Virus record (IMG/VR): IMGVR_UViG_3300044723_003200
Source of the DNA: an uncultured virus (IMG/VR IMGVR_UViG_3300044723_003200)
Lineage: Duplodnaviria > Heunggongvirae > Uroviricota > Caudoviricetes
DNA: 64,000 nucleotides
Strand: one strand, 5' to 3'
Below the pieces are notes generated by a model that ran no database searches, was not told where the DNA came from, and saw only the letters and a list, made by a program, of their open reading frames with translations. This document shows positions 27,016 to 35,567 of the stretch, piece by piece; the stretch's first letter is position 1, and each line of letters begins with the position of its first letter. Made by a program: the position numbers and the translations under genes.

Positions 27016-28819
27016 ATGCAATGTGAAAACCGTCAGAAACCCTGTCGAGGTCATCTGTCGCGGGTGATGGGTCACCATACACCGCAGAACTACTCTGGTT
27101 GTTATTGGTAGTGGTCTGTGGAGCAATCACCGTAGCACCGCCACCAGTGGCCTGCCTTGCTTCAAGTACCTTGATTTGTCGTTGTAGTTCTTCAACACGT
27201 TTTTGAGTTAGTGCACCTTGATTTGTGTTTAACATTTCAGGTGACATACTCGCCAATCGACCCTCATTCCGTGCTAATTGAGATCTTCGACGCGCAAGTT
27301 CATCGGGGCTTCTAAGTCCTCTTTCTCTTTCTGCGTTTGCTAAAACTGCCCTTTGTTCCATTTTCTGGAAGTCTGCGGCCGCCTTCGCCCTGTTCCTAGC
27401 AAACTCTGCTTTACCTTCTTCCGAATCAGCAAATGCAAGGAATTCCCTTGTCGCATCATTCATGGGTTTGGTCTTGAGTTCTGGTGCAGTTACCTCTCTG
27501 GTCTTGAGTTCAGGTGCAGTTACCTCTCTGGTCTTGAGTTCAGGTGCAGTTGCTTCTCTGGTCTTCAGGACTGTCTGTTGACCACTAGCGATGGATTGCA
27601 GGCGAGCACGTGTTTCTTCTTGTTTTCGTAACTTACGCTGAAAGGCGTTTTCTGGTGGTGCTTCAACTTCTTGTTGTTTTGCTTCTTGTTCCTCTTTTTC
27701 CTTCTTCTTTGCCTCTACCTTGGCAAGTGCTTCTGCCTTAAACTTTTCTGCCGAGTCAGTTGCCATTACTGGAATTTCTGGTAAGTTAACATCAAATCCA
27801 AGAAACTTACCAAACTCTGATGCGATACTTAGAACTTTATTTACTATTGAACCAAGGAAGTTTACCACTGTAGCAAACGCATCCTTTAGATGCATTGCCC
27901 CTAACATCATGACATCAAAAATACTTTCAAATCCTAGAGATTCTCTAACTTTTTCAAGACCAAGATATATTAATCCCACTGCCAAGGCTATACCAGCAGC
28001 AGCAGCAATAAAGGGTGCGAGTGCTACTACCACGGGGGCCATAGCAGTCATGGCGGATGTAAACGCACCAATCAAGCCCGGCACCAATGTTTTTAGCATG
28101 AAGATTCGGAAAACAGTAAATGCTGTTCTCAACATTGTTAATGCTTTACCTATTCTTAGGATTCGCATCACTTTCATAAGACCACCAGCAAAACTACTGA
28201 AAGCAGTTATCATTGTACTGACTGCATTGTATACTTTGATAACAACTTTTGCTCCCACGATGGCGGCAGCAATCCCTACAATACCCTTTGCAATACCTCC
28301 AAAGTTATCTACAATAAAGGGTAATGCAGTATCCCTCATGAATGTCAGAATACCGGCGGTGGCAGGAACTAGTTTTTCTTGGAAGAATGCTTTAACAGCA
28401 TCAAAGTTTTTAACTACCATCGCAAATGCGGCAGCACCAACAATACCAAAAGCAAGTTTACCAAGTTTCTGTATGAAAGAAGCCTCTTTGATTTGTTTCG
28501 GTAACTCAAAGTCTCTACCTTCTTCCTTGGCCTTTTCTTTCTTTTCACGTTTTTCTTCAAGTTTCTTTAACTTACCCGCCTTTCGCTCGGTCTGTTCAGC
28601 TTTTGCGAGTTGAACAGATTCCTTCAAGATAAAACCATATTTCTTGAATTGATCGGCGGTAGAATTATAAGACTCCTCACTATCAGCAACAGCCTGCCTG
28701 TTCTTATCAATTTTCTTTTCTACTTTTTTGGCATTCGTAGCATATGCATTGGCAGACTGACGCAATGACTTGGTCGCCGCAGTTAGTGCTTCTATTTCTT
28801 TGCTTATATCATCAGCCAT
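27014..28819 (-). CDS. Probable tape measure / baseplate hub protein (gp29-like)
   Basis: 601 aa, coiled-coil ends, Ala/Gly-rich hydrophobic core, C-terminal TVIAPQTTTNNN; downstream of gp26/gp51. Confidence 0.65.
   Translation of the reverse strand: MADDISKEIEALTAATKSLRQSANAYATNAKKVEKKIDKNRQAVADSEESYNSTADQFKKYGFILKESVQLAKAEQTERKAGKLKKLEEKREKKEKAKEEGRDFELPKQIKEASFIQKLGKLAFGIVGAAAFAMVVKNFDAVKAFFQEKLVPATAGILTFMRDTALPFIVDNFGGIAKGIVGIAAAIVGAKVVIKVYNAVSTMITAFSSFAGGLMKVMRILRIGKALTMLRTAFTVFRIFMLKTLVPGLIGAFTSAMTAMAPVVVALAPFIAAAAGIALAVGLIYLGLEKVRESLGFESIFDVMMLGAMHLKDAFATVVNFLGSIVNKVLSIASEFGKFLGFDVNLPEIPVMATDSAEKFKAEALAKVEAKKKEKEEQEAKQQEVEAPPENAFQRKLRKQEETRARLQSIASGQQTVLKTREATAPELKTREVTAPELKTREVTAPELKTKPMNDATREFLAFADSEEGKAEFARNRAKAAADFQKMEQRAVLANAERERGLRSPDELARRRSQLARNEGRLASMSPEMLNTNQGALTQKRVEELQRQIKVLEARQATGGGATVIAPQTTTNNNQSSSAVYGDPSPATDDLDRVSDGFHIA
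27469..27565. repeat. 30-bp tandem repeat (about 3.2 copies) encoding KTREVTAPEL
   Basis: GGTCTTGAGTTC(A/T)GGTGCAGTTACCTCTCT repeated. Confidence 0.9.
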
Positions 28820-28820
28820 G

Positions 28821-29018
28821 TTATCGTCTCATGTTACGTTCTTGTTCTTCGTGTCTGTCTTTCTCTTCTTCCAACCAATTGTTCAGAAGTGCCAGATAGA
28901 TCTCCCTCTCCCACGGAATCATATTTTCAAGTTCAGTCAACGAATAATTATAATTATGCATCATGAAAAAATTAGTCTTGAAATGATTCTCAAGACTGTC
29001 ATGTGAGAGGTTTAGGAA
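28821..29018 (-). CDS. gp51: gp51-like baseplate hub assembly ORF (not in ORF track; probably reached by -1 frameshift from gp26; first ATG at 28964)
   Basis: Reads FLNLSHDSLENHFKTNFFMMHNYNYSLTELENMIPWEREIYLALL...; YSLTELENMxPWERxIY is the T4-like gp51 motif. Confidence 0.75.
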   Translation of the reverse strand, partial: FLNLSHDSLENHFKTNFFMMHNYNYSLTELENMIPWEREIYLALLNNWLEEEKDRHEEQERNMRR

Positions 29019-29728
29019 AAAAAATCCTGTAACCCTCTCAGTTTGTATTGGTTTTCGTGATTACATTTTTCACAATTCCATTCAACCGATACACCTAGTT
29101 GTGGAATATCTTCAATGAATTTTCCTACCGCTTCAAATTGTTGTCTGCTCATAGACTCAATGAAATCCATGATTTCTTTTGCTGGAACTTCATTTACTAC
29201 GATTCTTTCTTCTTCAGTAATAACAGCATCTATGGACTTTGCCAGCATCTTGAAACCAAACTCAACGGTATCTTCATCGTCAGTATAGTTTTTCATTACA
29301 TCAATATATGATGGATATTTCATCTCAACACTTACTTTGTCAGTTATCTCAATGATCTTATCCGACTCGTTCATGTCAACTTTGGCTTCAGTCAGATTTA
29401 CAGTGACCGTTGATTTGTGGTCACAGTCATCACTGCTACAAGAGATAAGAACATCTGCGGTTTCTCCGACAGAACGGGCTCTGATCTGAGTGAATATATA
29501 TTCAACATCAAATGTTGCGAGAGATCTAATCTTAACATCTCCATCAACACAGGCCTGAATTGTACTTGCCATTGCGTCCATCATTTGACGTTGATCACCA
29601 GTCTCACTAGCAACCATCATCTGTTTCTCTTCTTTCACGAGATATGGTCTGTAGGAAATTTCTTCCCCTGTAGATGGTACAGTCAATCTGTATGTGTTTA
29701 TCTCATTTAACTTAGGTAATAATGCCAT
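29012..29728 (-). CDS. gp26: Baseplate hub assembly protein gp26
   Basis: LP.L, Y.L.VPSTG..I.YRPYLVKEEK, FD.EYIF..IRARSVGE, MKYPS, C..C.H, GLQDFF; GGAG RBS before ATG 29728. Confidence 0.85.
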   Translation of the reverse strand: MALLPKLNEINTYRLTVPSTGEEISYRPYLVKEEKQMMVASETGDQRQMMDAMASTIQACVDGDVKIRSLATFDVEYIFTQIRARSVGETADVLISCSSDDCDHKSTVTVNLTEAKVDMNESDKIIEITDKVSVEMKYPSYIDVMKNYTDDEDTVEFGFKMLAKSIDAVITEEERIVVNEVPAKEIMDFIESMSRQQFEAVGKFIEDIPQLGVSVEWNCEKCNHENQYKLRGLQDFFS

Positions 29729-29743
29729 AATGTGCTCCAAATA

Positions 29744-30445
29744 TTATAAAAACTTCCTGATCAGTTCGCCGGCGACACCTTCAATGAAACCACCGCCGCC
29801 TGCGTCACCGCTTTTGCTCTTCCAGTTCTTGTAAGATAGTTGTACTGTTACCTCCAGCAACTGTCCATCGTCACTCAACTCAATCGCATTCAATGTAGTT
29901 GGGTATGCTTTATCTAGGAGTAAAGTATAGGTGATATCGTCACCGAATACTGCGTCCAGATCAAACTCGCCTTGTGCGAGGTCGAGTGGCCCTAGTCTTG
30001 GTAATCGTCCCCTGATAGAAGATGGGATCTTACCTGCGTCAAATAGTTCTCTCTTGAATATAGGAAACGAGGTTCCCTTCTTGATGTGTTGGATGATGAC
30101 CGGATGGGTGTAGTCATTGTAGTATCCAACCTCTAGTGTCTCTTGGTTGACTGCAAGGTTCTGCCACGTTTCAAAGTAGTTTCGTACTGCCATATCGTTC
30201 ATGCAGTGGAAAGTCAGGGTGACATCGTCTACTGCGTATCCGTATGCCTGTTTGGTCAACTGTAGACCAATCTGATTTTCGGACGATAGGATCTGACGGC
30301 CAGGCAATGACGTTGCCTTACACAACAGGTTCATCTTTCGTGCATCACCGTTAATGGGTGGCAGAAAAACCTTGTACAGATTCCCCATGGCGAATCCACC
30401 ACCCTCACCTACCTGCGCCTTGAAATCATCGATGCGGAATGCCAT
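29744..30445 (-). CDS. Tail tube initiator (gp54/gp19-like)
   Basis: N.Y.V, LC....LPGR, F..W, Y.DY, AYP, V.LSY..W tube-fold motifs. Confidence 0.72.
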   Translation of the reverse strand: MAFRIDDFKAQVGEGGGFAMGNLYKVFLPPINGDARKMNLLCKATSLPGRQILSSENQIGLQLTKQAYGYAVDDVTLTFHCMNDMAVRNYFETWQNLAVNQETLEVGYYNDYTHPVIIQHIKKGTSFPIFKRELFDAGKIPSSIRGRLPRLGPLDLAQGEFDLDAVFGDDITYTLLLDKAYPTTLNAIELSDDGQLLEVTVQLSYKNWKSKSGDAGGGGFIEGVAGELIRKFL

Positions 30446-31038
30446 TAATCTTTACCTATCATCTGTCTTGAATCGTAGAACACCTTCTGAGAGTTTGACT
30501 TTCTCCAACTTGCGGTTGGCAAGAATGTTGCGATCTCCCACTCAGGGGCTGGGACTTCTGCAAACTTACTCTGTACGTGTTTGGTCAAGTAGTGTTTGAA
30601 ACATGGTTTGTAGTATCGCAACTTAGAGATACTCTGTAGTCGTTTGTATGTGATGTTGAACTTCGCATCATCACTGGTCTTGCTGGAGGCAACCTCCATC
30701 AATGAATCCAACATCTTGGCGCGTAACAAGGGTGGCAGATAGTGTAGGTTCAAACCATAGAACCCACCTTCTGCTGGGCCCACAACTACCACCAAGGGGA
30801 ACGTGTCATAGTATGGGAGAGTGTCTTTGCCCTTCGGATCATAGAAGAACATCTGCATCGTACCAATAACACCTCGTTGGGCTCTGGTCTTCAGGGGTTC
30901 CTCTTTCATCAACTCTTGTCGGTTGATGGAACGCATGTTGGATGCTTTCTTTCTGAACCATTCACGCGATTCCTCGGTGCGAGGAGTAACCCCAGCACGG
31001 AATGCCTGTAGTTCGAGTCTGTTGAATATGTTCGACAT
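30445..31038 (-). CDS. gp2: DNA end protector protein gp2
   Basis: S..WF, FFYDPK.K..LPYYD.FPLV, GLNLHYLP, K.YL..HV.S, EW..A..LP. Confidence 0.9.
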   Translation of the reverse strand: MSNIFNRLELQAFRAGVTPRTEESREWFRKKASNMRSINRQELMKEEPLKTRAQRGVIGTMQMFFYDPKGKDTLPYYDTFPLVVVVGPAEGGFYGLNLHYLPPLLRAKMLDSLMEVASSKTSDDAKFNITYKRLQSISKLRYYKPCFKHYLTKHVQSKFAEVPAPEWEIATFLPTASWRKSNSQKVFYDSRQMIGKD

Positions 31039-31043
31039 ACTCT

Positions 31044-31051
31044 TATTTATA
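31044..31051 (-). promoter_or_regulatory. T4-type late promoter
   Basis: TATAAATA on minus strand, 5 nt before gp2 ATG. Confidence 0.7.
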
Positions 31052-31052
31052 C

Positions 31053-31547
31053 TTATTTTTTACGTTTTTGAAAAGGTTTCAATGGTTTTAGAGTCTTCAT
31101 AGGTTTTGTTGATTTGGGAATAAGACTCTTCAGTGGTTCGTTCTTTTCCGTCCAGATAGCAAACCTCCACCCACGATCTGCGGCATACTCTGCTGCAGCT
31201 TCCCATTTGTTGACGTTCTTGACATAGGTCATGCTCTCAGATATAAACCTCTTGGATCTACGATTGCCTGTGGGTATGCGAGTCTCTTTGTCCGGTTTGA
31301 TCTCTACCAGCCATGTAGACCCATCCTCAAGTACCATCTTCAAGTCCATAAAATATCTGTGATAACGCTTGTCAACCTCATATAAGTATGGTATAATAAC
31401 CTCTTCGGAAGACCACCTCTTTACCTTGGGGTTAGTGTCGCACCATTTGAATGCGTGTTTCTCCCACAAGGAACGGTATACCACCTTTGTGTGGTCACCT
31501 TCATACTTCTTGATATTTTTTACCGTGTATCTTCCAGAATATGCCAT
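31053..31547 (-). CDS. gp4: Head completion nuclease gp4
   Basis: MAYSG, KY.GD, YRSLWE, WSSEE..IPY, HRYF.D, VEIKP, N..KW.AA. Confidence 0.92.
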   Translation of the reverse strand: MAYSGRYTVKNIKKYEGDHTKVVYRSLWEKHAFKWCDTNPKVKRWSSEEVIIPYLYEVDKRYHRYFMDLKMVLEDGSTWLVEIKPDKETRIPTGNRRSKRFISESMTYVKNVNKWEAAAEYAADRGWRFAIWTEKNEPLKSLIPKSTKPMKTLKPLKPFQKRKK

Positions 31548-31555
31548 GGAAACCT

Positions 31556-31590
31556 TATAAATAAAGACAATAGTTTTTAACTTATTTATC
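31556..31590. promoter_or_regulatory. Late promoters for the divergent gp4 and gp48 genes
   Basis: TATAAATA (+, 31556-31563) and GATAAATA (-, 31583-31590). Confidence 0.7.
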
Positions 31591-31601
31591 GGATTAGTAA
31601 A

Positions 31602-32594
31602 ATGGCAGAACCGAATGAAGTTCAGGGTATTGCAGCGGCAAAGGAAACAAAAGACCTAGAATACCCGTTAAACAATCCTGACGAATACAAAGGTAGACTT
31701 GTATTCAATGTTATGGAAGAACCTGAGACTGATTTGGGCAATCTAGCTGAAGCAGCAACTAATCTCGCAAAGTCTGGTATCCAAGAAGCAGGTGAAGCAA
31801 TAGGTCTATCCAAACCAGCGGATATTAAAAAAGCAGAAGACGGTCACAAAAACGGGCCCCAACAAAGTGTTCCGATCATAAGAGAAAGACCTCTAATTGC
31901 AACGGGTAGACAGGTATCCTTGTATCTACCTGCGGGTTTGCAATTTCGTGACAATGTTCAATATGAGAACTTTGATCTTGGTGGCGCTGGTGCGGGTGCA
32001 GAAGCAGCATTGAAGAGCGGGTCGGGAGCACTCGCTGGTCTAGTTGAAGGTGGTTTGTCAACTTTAAGTGCGGGACTGAAAGGAACTGCAAACAAGGATC
32101 TCGCTAAACTGGGTGCGGTTAAACTCGCAATGAAAGGCCCTGATGAAGTAGCGGGAGCATTCAGATCTGCGGGTGGAGTTACTACAAACCCCAACACTCG
32201 TGTGTTGTTCAAGTCTGTAGCACTACGAGAGTTTGGTTTTGCATTCAAGTTTCTCGCTACCTCCGCACGAGAAGCGGAGGAAATAAAGGAGATCATCAAA
32301 CTTTTCCGAACCGAGTTGTATCCGTCTACAATTGATATTCCGGTTGCTGAAGGTACGAGTAAGATCTCTGTAGGGTATCGATTCCCAAACAAGTTTCAGA
32401 TCACGGTTGAGTATGACGGTGAAGAGATTGCTACTCGTATCAAGCCATGTTTCTTGCGGGATGTGAGTGTAACGTATAACAACACATCGATGTCGATGCA
32501 CGGAGACGGTAACTTTACTGAAATTGAGATGTCTCTGTCATTCCAAGAAACCAGAACGCTCAGTAGGAAAGATGTTGAAGAGGATGGATTCTAA
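31602..32594 (+). CDS. gp48: Baseplate tail tube cap gp48
   Basis: L.YP, LYLP, NPN...LF....LR.F.F.F.F, EA..I..II..FR, P..F, CFL..V.V.Y, L.F.E. Confidence 0.82.
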   Translation: MAEPNEVQGIAAAKETKDLEYPLNNPDEYKGRLVFNVMEEPETDLGNLAEAATNLAKSGIQEAGEAIGLSKPADIKKAEDGHKNGPQQSVPIIRERPLIATGRQVSLYLPAGLQFRDNVQYENFDLGGAGAGAEAALKSGSGALAGLVEGGLSTLSAGLKGTANKDLAKLGAVKLAMKGPDEVAGAFRSAGGVTTNPNTRVLFKSVALREFGFAFKFLATSAREAEEIKEIIKLFRTELYPSTIDIPVAEGTSKISVGYRFPNKFQITVEYDGEEIATRIKPCFLRDVSVTYNNTSMSMHGDGNFTEIEMSLSFQETRTLSRKDVEEDGF

Positions 32595-33343
32595 TGACAA
32601 CAAAATACTTCAAGCCATTTGATATTGTTGCCTATCGATTTGGTGACAATGAATCTCCGGTCTTCTTTGACAATCTGGGTCAGTATGTGGATCTCATTGA
32701 CGGACTGAAAGATAATGTGTCTTTCTATAATCAGTATACCATCACTAGTGGAGAGAGGCCTGATACACTCTCGTACAAACTCTATGGGACTACGGATTAT
32801 TACTGGACATTCTTTTTGATGAATGATCACCTTCGCCAGTCTGGTTGGCCAGTTGCAACATATGACATCTTGAATCAGGCAAAGTCCAAGTATCCTTACA
32901 GAACAGTCACCACAAATGATGACATATCAAACTCATTCCCTACTGGTCAGACTCTATCAGGCAACACCAGTGGTACAACCGGAACTGTGATAAAACGGGA
33001 TCTGAATATGGGTCAGATCATCATTGATACGGTGGACAATAATAACTTCAATGTGGGTGAGACCATATCTTACATCAGTGCCGAAGGTGAGGTATTTACA
33101 GCGGTCGTTGTAAAAGAGTCTCTCCAGTACAATGCAGTTCACCACTATGAAGATGCTAATGGTGTACATCAAGATCTTACATTGTTTGCTTTTGATAGTC
33201 CATCTTCTTCTTGGACGCCCGTCACGTTTCGAGATCGATTAGAGAGACGTAACGACGAGTTAAAAGAAATCAATGTCCTGAGACCTGATACGGTAGATCA
33301 GGTTGTCAACGAGTTCAATAGCTTCCATAGACAGAAGGTATAA
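32594..33343 (+). CDS. gp53: Baseplate wedge protein gp53
   Basis: YF..F, Y.I..GERPD.LSY.LYG...YYW...MN, WP, HHYE, N...K.I.VL. Confidence 0.88.
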   Translation: MTTKYFKPFDIVAYRFGDNESPVFFDNLGQYVDLIDGLKDNVSFYNQYTITSGERPDTLSYKLYGTTDYYWTFFLMNDHLRQSGWPVATYDILNQAKSKYPYRTVTTNDDISNSFPTGQTLSGNTSGTTGTVIKRDLNMGQIIIDTVDNNNFNVGETISYISAEGEVFTAVVVKESLQYNAVHHYEDANGVHQDLTLFAFDSPSSSWTPVTFRDRLERRNDELKEINVLRPDTVDQVVNEFNSFHRQKV

Positions 33344-34704
33344 TGGCGTCTAAACTAAACACATCACAACAGTTCAAAATCACCGAGGCTGCCATCAGTG
33401 CAGACCGTATGGGTGGATTTGATGCTTCTTTCTTTGATGTTCGTACATCTATTGCTGAGTTGAACATATTTGAAAGTCTGGACAAACCTTACTTGACCGG
33501 AACTGTGGTGATTCTTGATGACAAGGCACTGTTCGACAAGATTGATTTCCAAGGTACCGAGAGATTTTCGATCCGGTTGTCCTCCGCTGAGAATGATCTA
33601 GACCCAGTCTTTGAAAGGGTCTTTATGATGACCGGAGTGGAACGGTCTGTCAAGTCTACGGACAACGGTAAGTCCAGCATGTATGTGTTTACTCTGTTGG
33701 ACGAACATGCGTTTCTGGCACAGATGAAGAAGATAAGTAGATCCTTCAATGGTAGGATCGATGACATCTTGGTCAAACTACTTGCCACAGAAATGAATAT
33801 GAATATAGATCTATCCTATCTGTTTATTGATGGCGCTAAAAGTGATCCTGTTCAGACCAATATCAAGGGAATCATTCCAAACCTAAACCCACTACAAGCA
33901 ATCAAATGGTTGACTAGCCGAGCCACGACTGTAACAGGTTCTCCGTTCTTTACCTATGCGTCCATGCACGACGATAATCTGCGTCTGGGTAATCTAGACT
34001 CCATGTTATCACAACAAGCATTCAACTCAAGGTTACCATATACGTACAATCCCGCCAACGTATCTACGGCGGAATCGCAAACTGAATTAGAAAAAACCTT
34101 CACAATCAAAGCGATGAAGGTATCAAAACAATCGAACACTCTCAAACTAGTTCAAGAGGGTGCACTGTCAGCCGCATACTGTAACACGAATCTGAATACT
34201 GGTCAGATCTTTTCTCAACACCACACCATACGGAACACCTTCAATAATCTAAATCAACAAGGTGTCATTGGTGAAAACCAGAATGTCTTTGATCCTCAGT
34301 TCACAATGGACGAGACTCTTGCTGATGTATTTGAACCCAGAATATTCCATACCGTGACATCTAGTGGCACATATGGTAGGTTCAAGAGTTATCATGATGA
34401 GTTTGATGCCACCAAGTTCAAGAAGAAACTTGAACGACGAGGTATTCTAAACCACCTCTACAAGAACATGTTGAACGTAGTCATAGAAGGTGCGGGTTTC
34501 ATTATTTCAAAAGCAAGTGTGGGTGACATTGTCAACCTCAAGGTAGTTAATGATAATACCGAACAGTCTTTGTTTGCTAGTGAAGATGAGTTAATAGATA
34601 AGGGTAAGTCTGGCGACTTTATTATCTACGATACTCGTCATACCTTCTCAGGTACACAACACACGGTGTCAATGAATGTCTGTAAGTTGGAGAGACTGCC
34701 GTGA
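33343..34704 (+). CDS. Probable baseplate hub protein (gp27-like position)
   Basis: I.E....PYLTG, G.E; lies between gp53 and gp5. Confidence 0.55.
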   Translation: MASKLNTSQQFKITEAAISADRMGGFDASFFDVRTSIAELNIFESLDKPYLTGTVVILDDKALFDKIDFQGTERFSIRLSSAENDLDPVFERVFMMTGVERSVKSTDNGKSSMYVFTLLDEHAFLAQMKKISRSFNGRIDDILVKLLATEMNMNIDLSYLFIDGAKSDPVQTNIKGIIPNLNPLQAIKWLTSRATTVTGSPFFTYASMHDDNLRLGNLDSMLSQQAFNSRLPYTYNPANVSTAESQTELEKTFTIKAMKVSKQSNTLKLVQEGALSAAYCNTNLNTGQIFSQHHTIRNTFNNLNQQGVIGENQNVFDPQFTMDETLADVFEPRIFHTVTSSGTYGRFKSYHDEFDATKFKKKLERRGILNHLYKNMLNVVIEGAGFIISKASVGDIVNLKVVNDNTEQSLFASEDELIDKGKSGDFIIYDTRHTFSGTQHTVSMNVCKLERLP

Positions 34705-35567
34705 GTAGTATTCTAAGCGAGTTTTATGGAGATAGCACTAGATGGTTTATCGCGACTGTTATAGACGCCTCACCTCCATATGGATTTGAGGGTCGTGTAA
34801 AGATCCGTGTGCACGGATTACATACACAATCAACACAACAAATTCCTCAGAACGATCTGCCGTGGGCCCAATGTGTTACTCCTACTACTGAAGGAGGAAT
34901 ATCTGGAATCGGACGTATGCCTCAACTTCAACCTAACTCTCTGGTGTTTGGTATGTTCATGGACGGCAAGAACTCCCAGACACCCATCGTGTTGGGATCG
35001 CTTCCTCACATTGAACTACCGACTCCGGTACAGATAGGTCAAGCAGAAGAAGATATTGGCGAAGACAACAAACCCGAAGGTCTGTTTGACTCATTCATAG
35101 CTGGTTTCAAACCTAAAGATGCGGATATTCTGAACGAAGAGACCGGAGCAACCGAGGTCAGAGTACAGTCCTCACGGCAAAAAACTGCGGTACAATTCTT
35201 TTTGAACCTTGGGTATAGTGTGAAACAATCTATATCGATTGCCGCTGCTCTGACTATTGCATCCGGTATGAGAACGGGCGTGAATAAACAATCACGAGGA
35301 CTTGCCGACTTCTCTAGAGACAGGTATACTGACTTACAAAACTTCTCAAACAATTTTGGATTCTTCCTGACCCAACTGGCATTTATCGCCTATGAGTTGA
35401 GAGGCACACAAACAGGTGCCAACATCCGACTATTGCAAGCCACCAACTATGAAGGTAGGGGTGGTATTTGTGAGGTGTTTTGTAAGTACTACCTTGGAAA
35501 AAATGATGCTTCGTTTATCAAACAAGTTGAACTACAAGCAAGACGGTTGGTTGATAGGATAGTATAA
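34701..35567 (+). CDS. gp5: gp5 N-terminal OB domain plus degenerate tail-lysozyme-like domain
   Basis: WF, GRVKIRV.G.H, DLPWA, V.G.F.DG...Q.P.VLGS; C-terminal part resembles Phage_lysozyme2. Confidence 0.8.
   Translation: MSSILSEFYGDSTRWFIATVIDASPPYGFEGRVKIRVHGLHTQSTQQIPQNDLPWAQCVTPTTEGGISGIGRMPQLQPNSLVFGMFMDGKNSQTPIVLGSLPHIELPTPVQIGQAEEDIGEDNKPEGLFDSFIAGFKPKDADILNEETGATEVRVQSSRQKTAVQFFLNLGYSVKQSISIAAALTIASGMRTGVNKQSRGLADFSRDRYTDLQNFSNNFGFFLTQLAFIAYELRGTQTGANIRLLQATNYEGRGGICEVFCKYYLGKNDASFIKQVELQARRLVDRIV

Noticed and set aside
27720..28613. 297-aa plus-strand ORF
   Set aside because: Antisense shadow of the tape-measure-like gene; no RBS or recognisable motif.
31053..31547. TnsA-like transposase or mobile element
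   Set aside because: The fold is shared with gp4 and the context beside gp2 and gp48 is canonical; no transposon ends.
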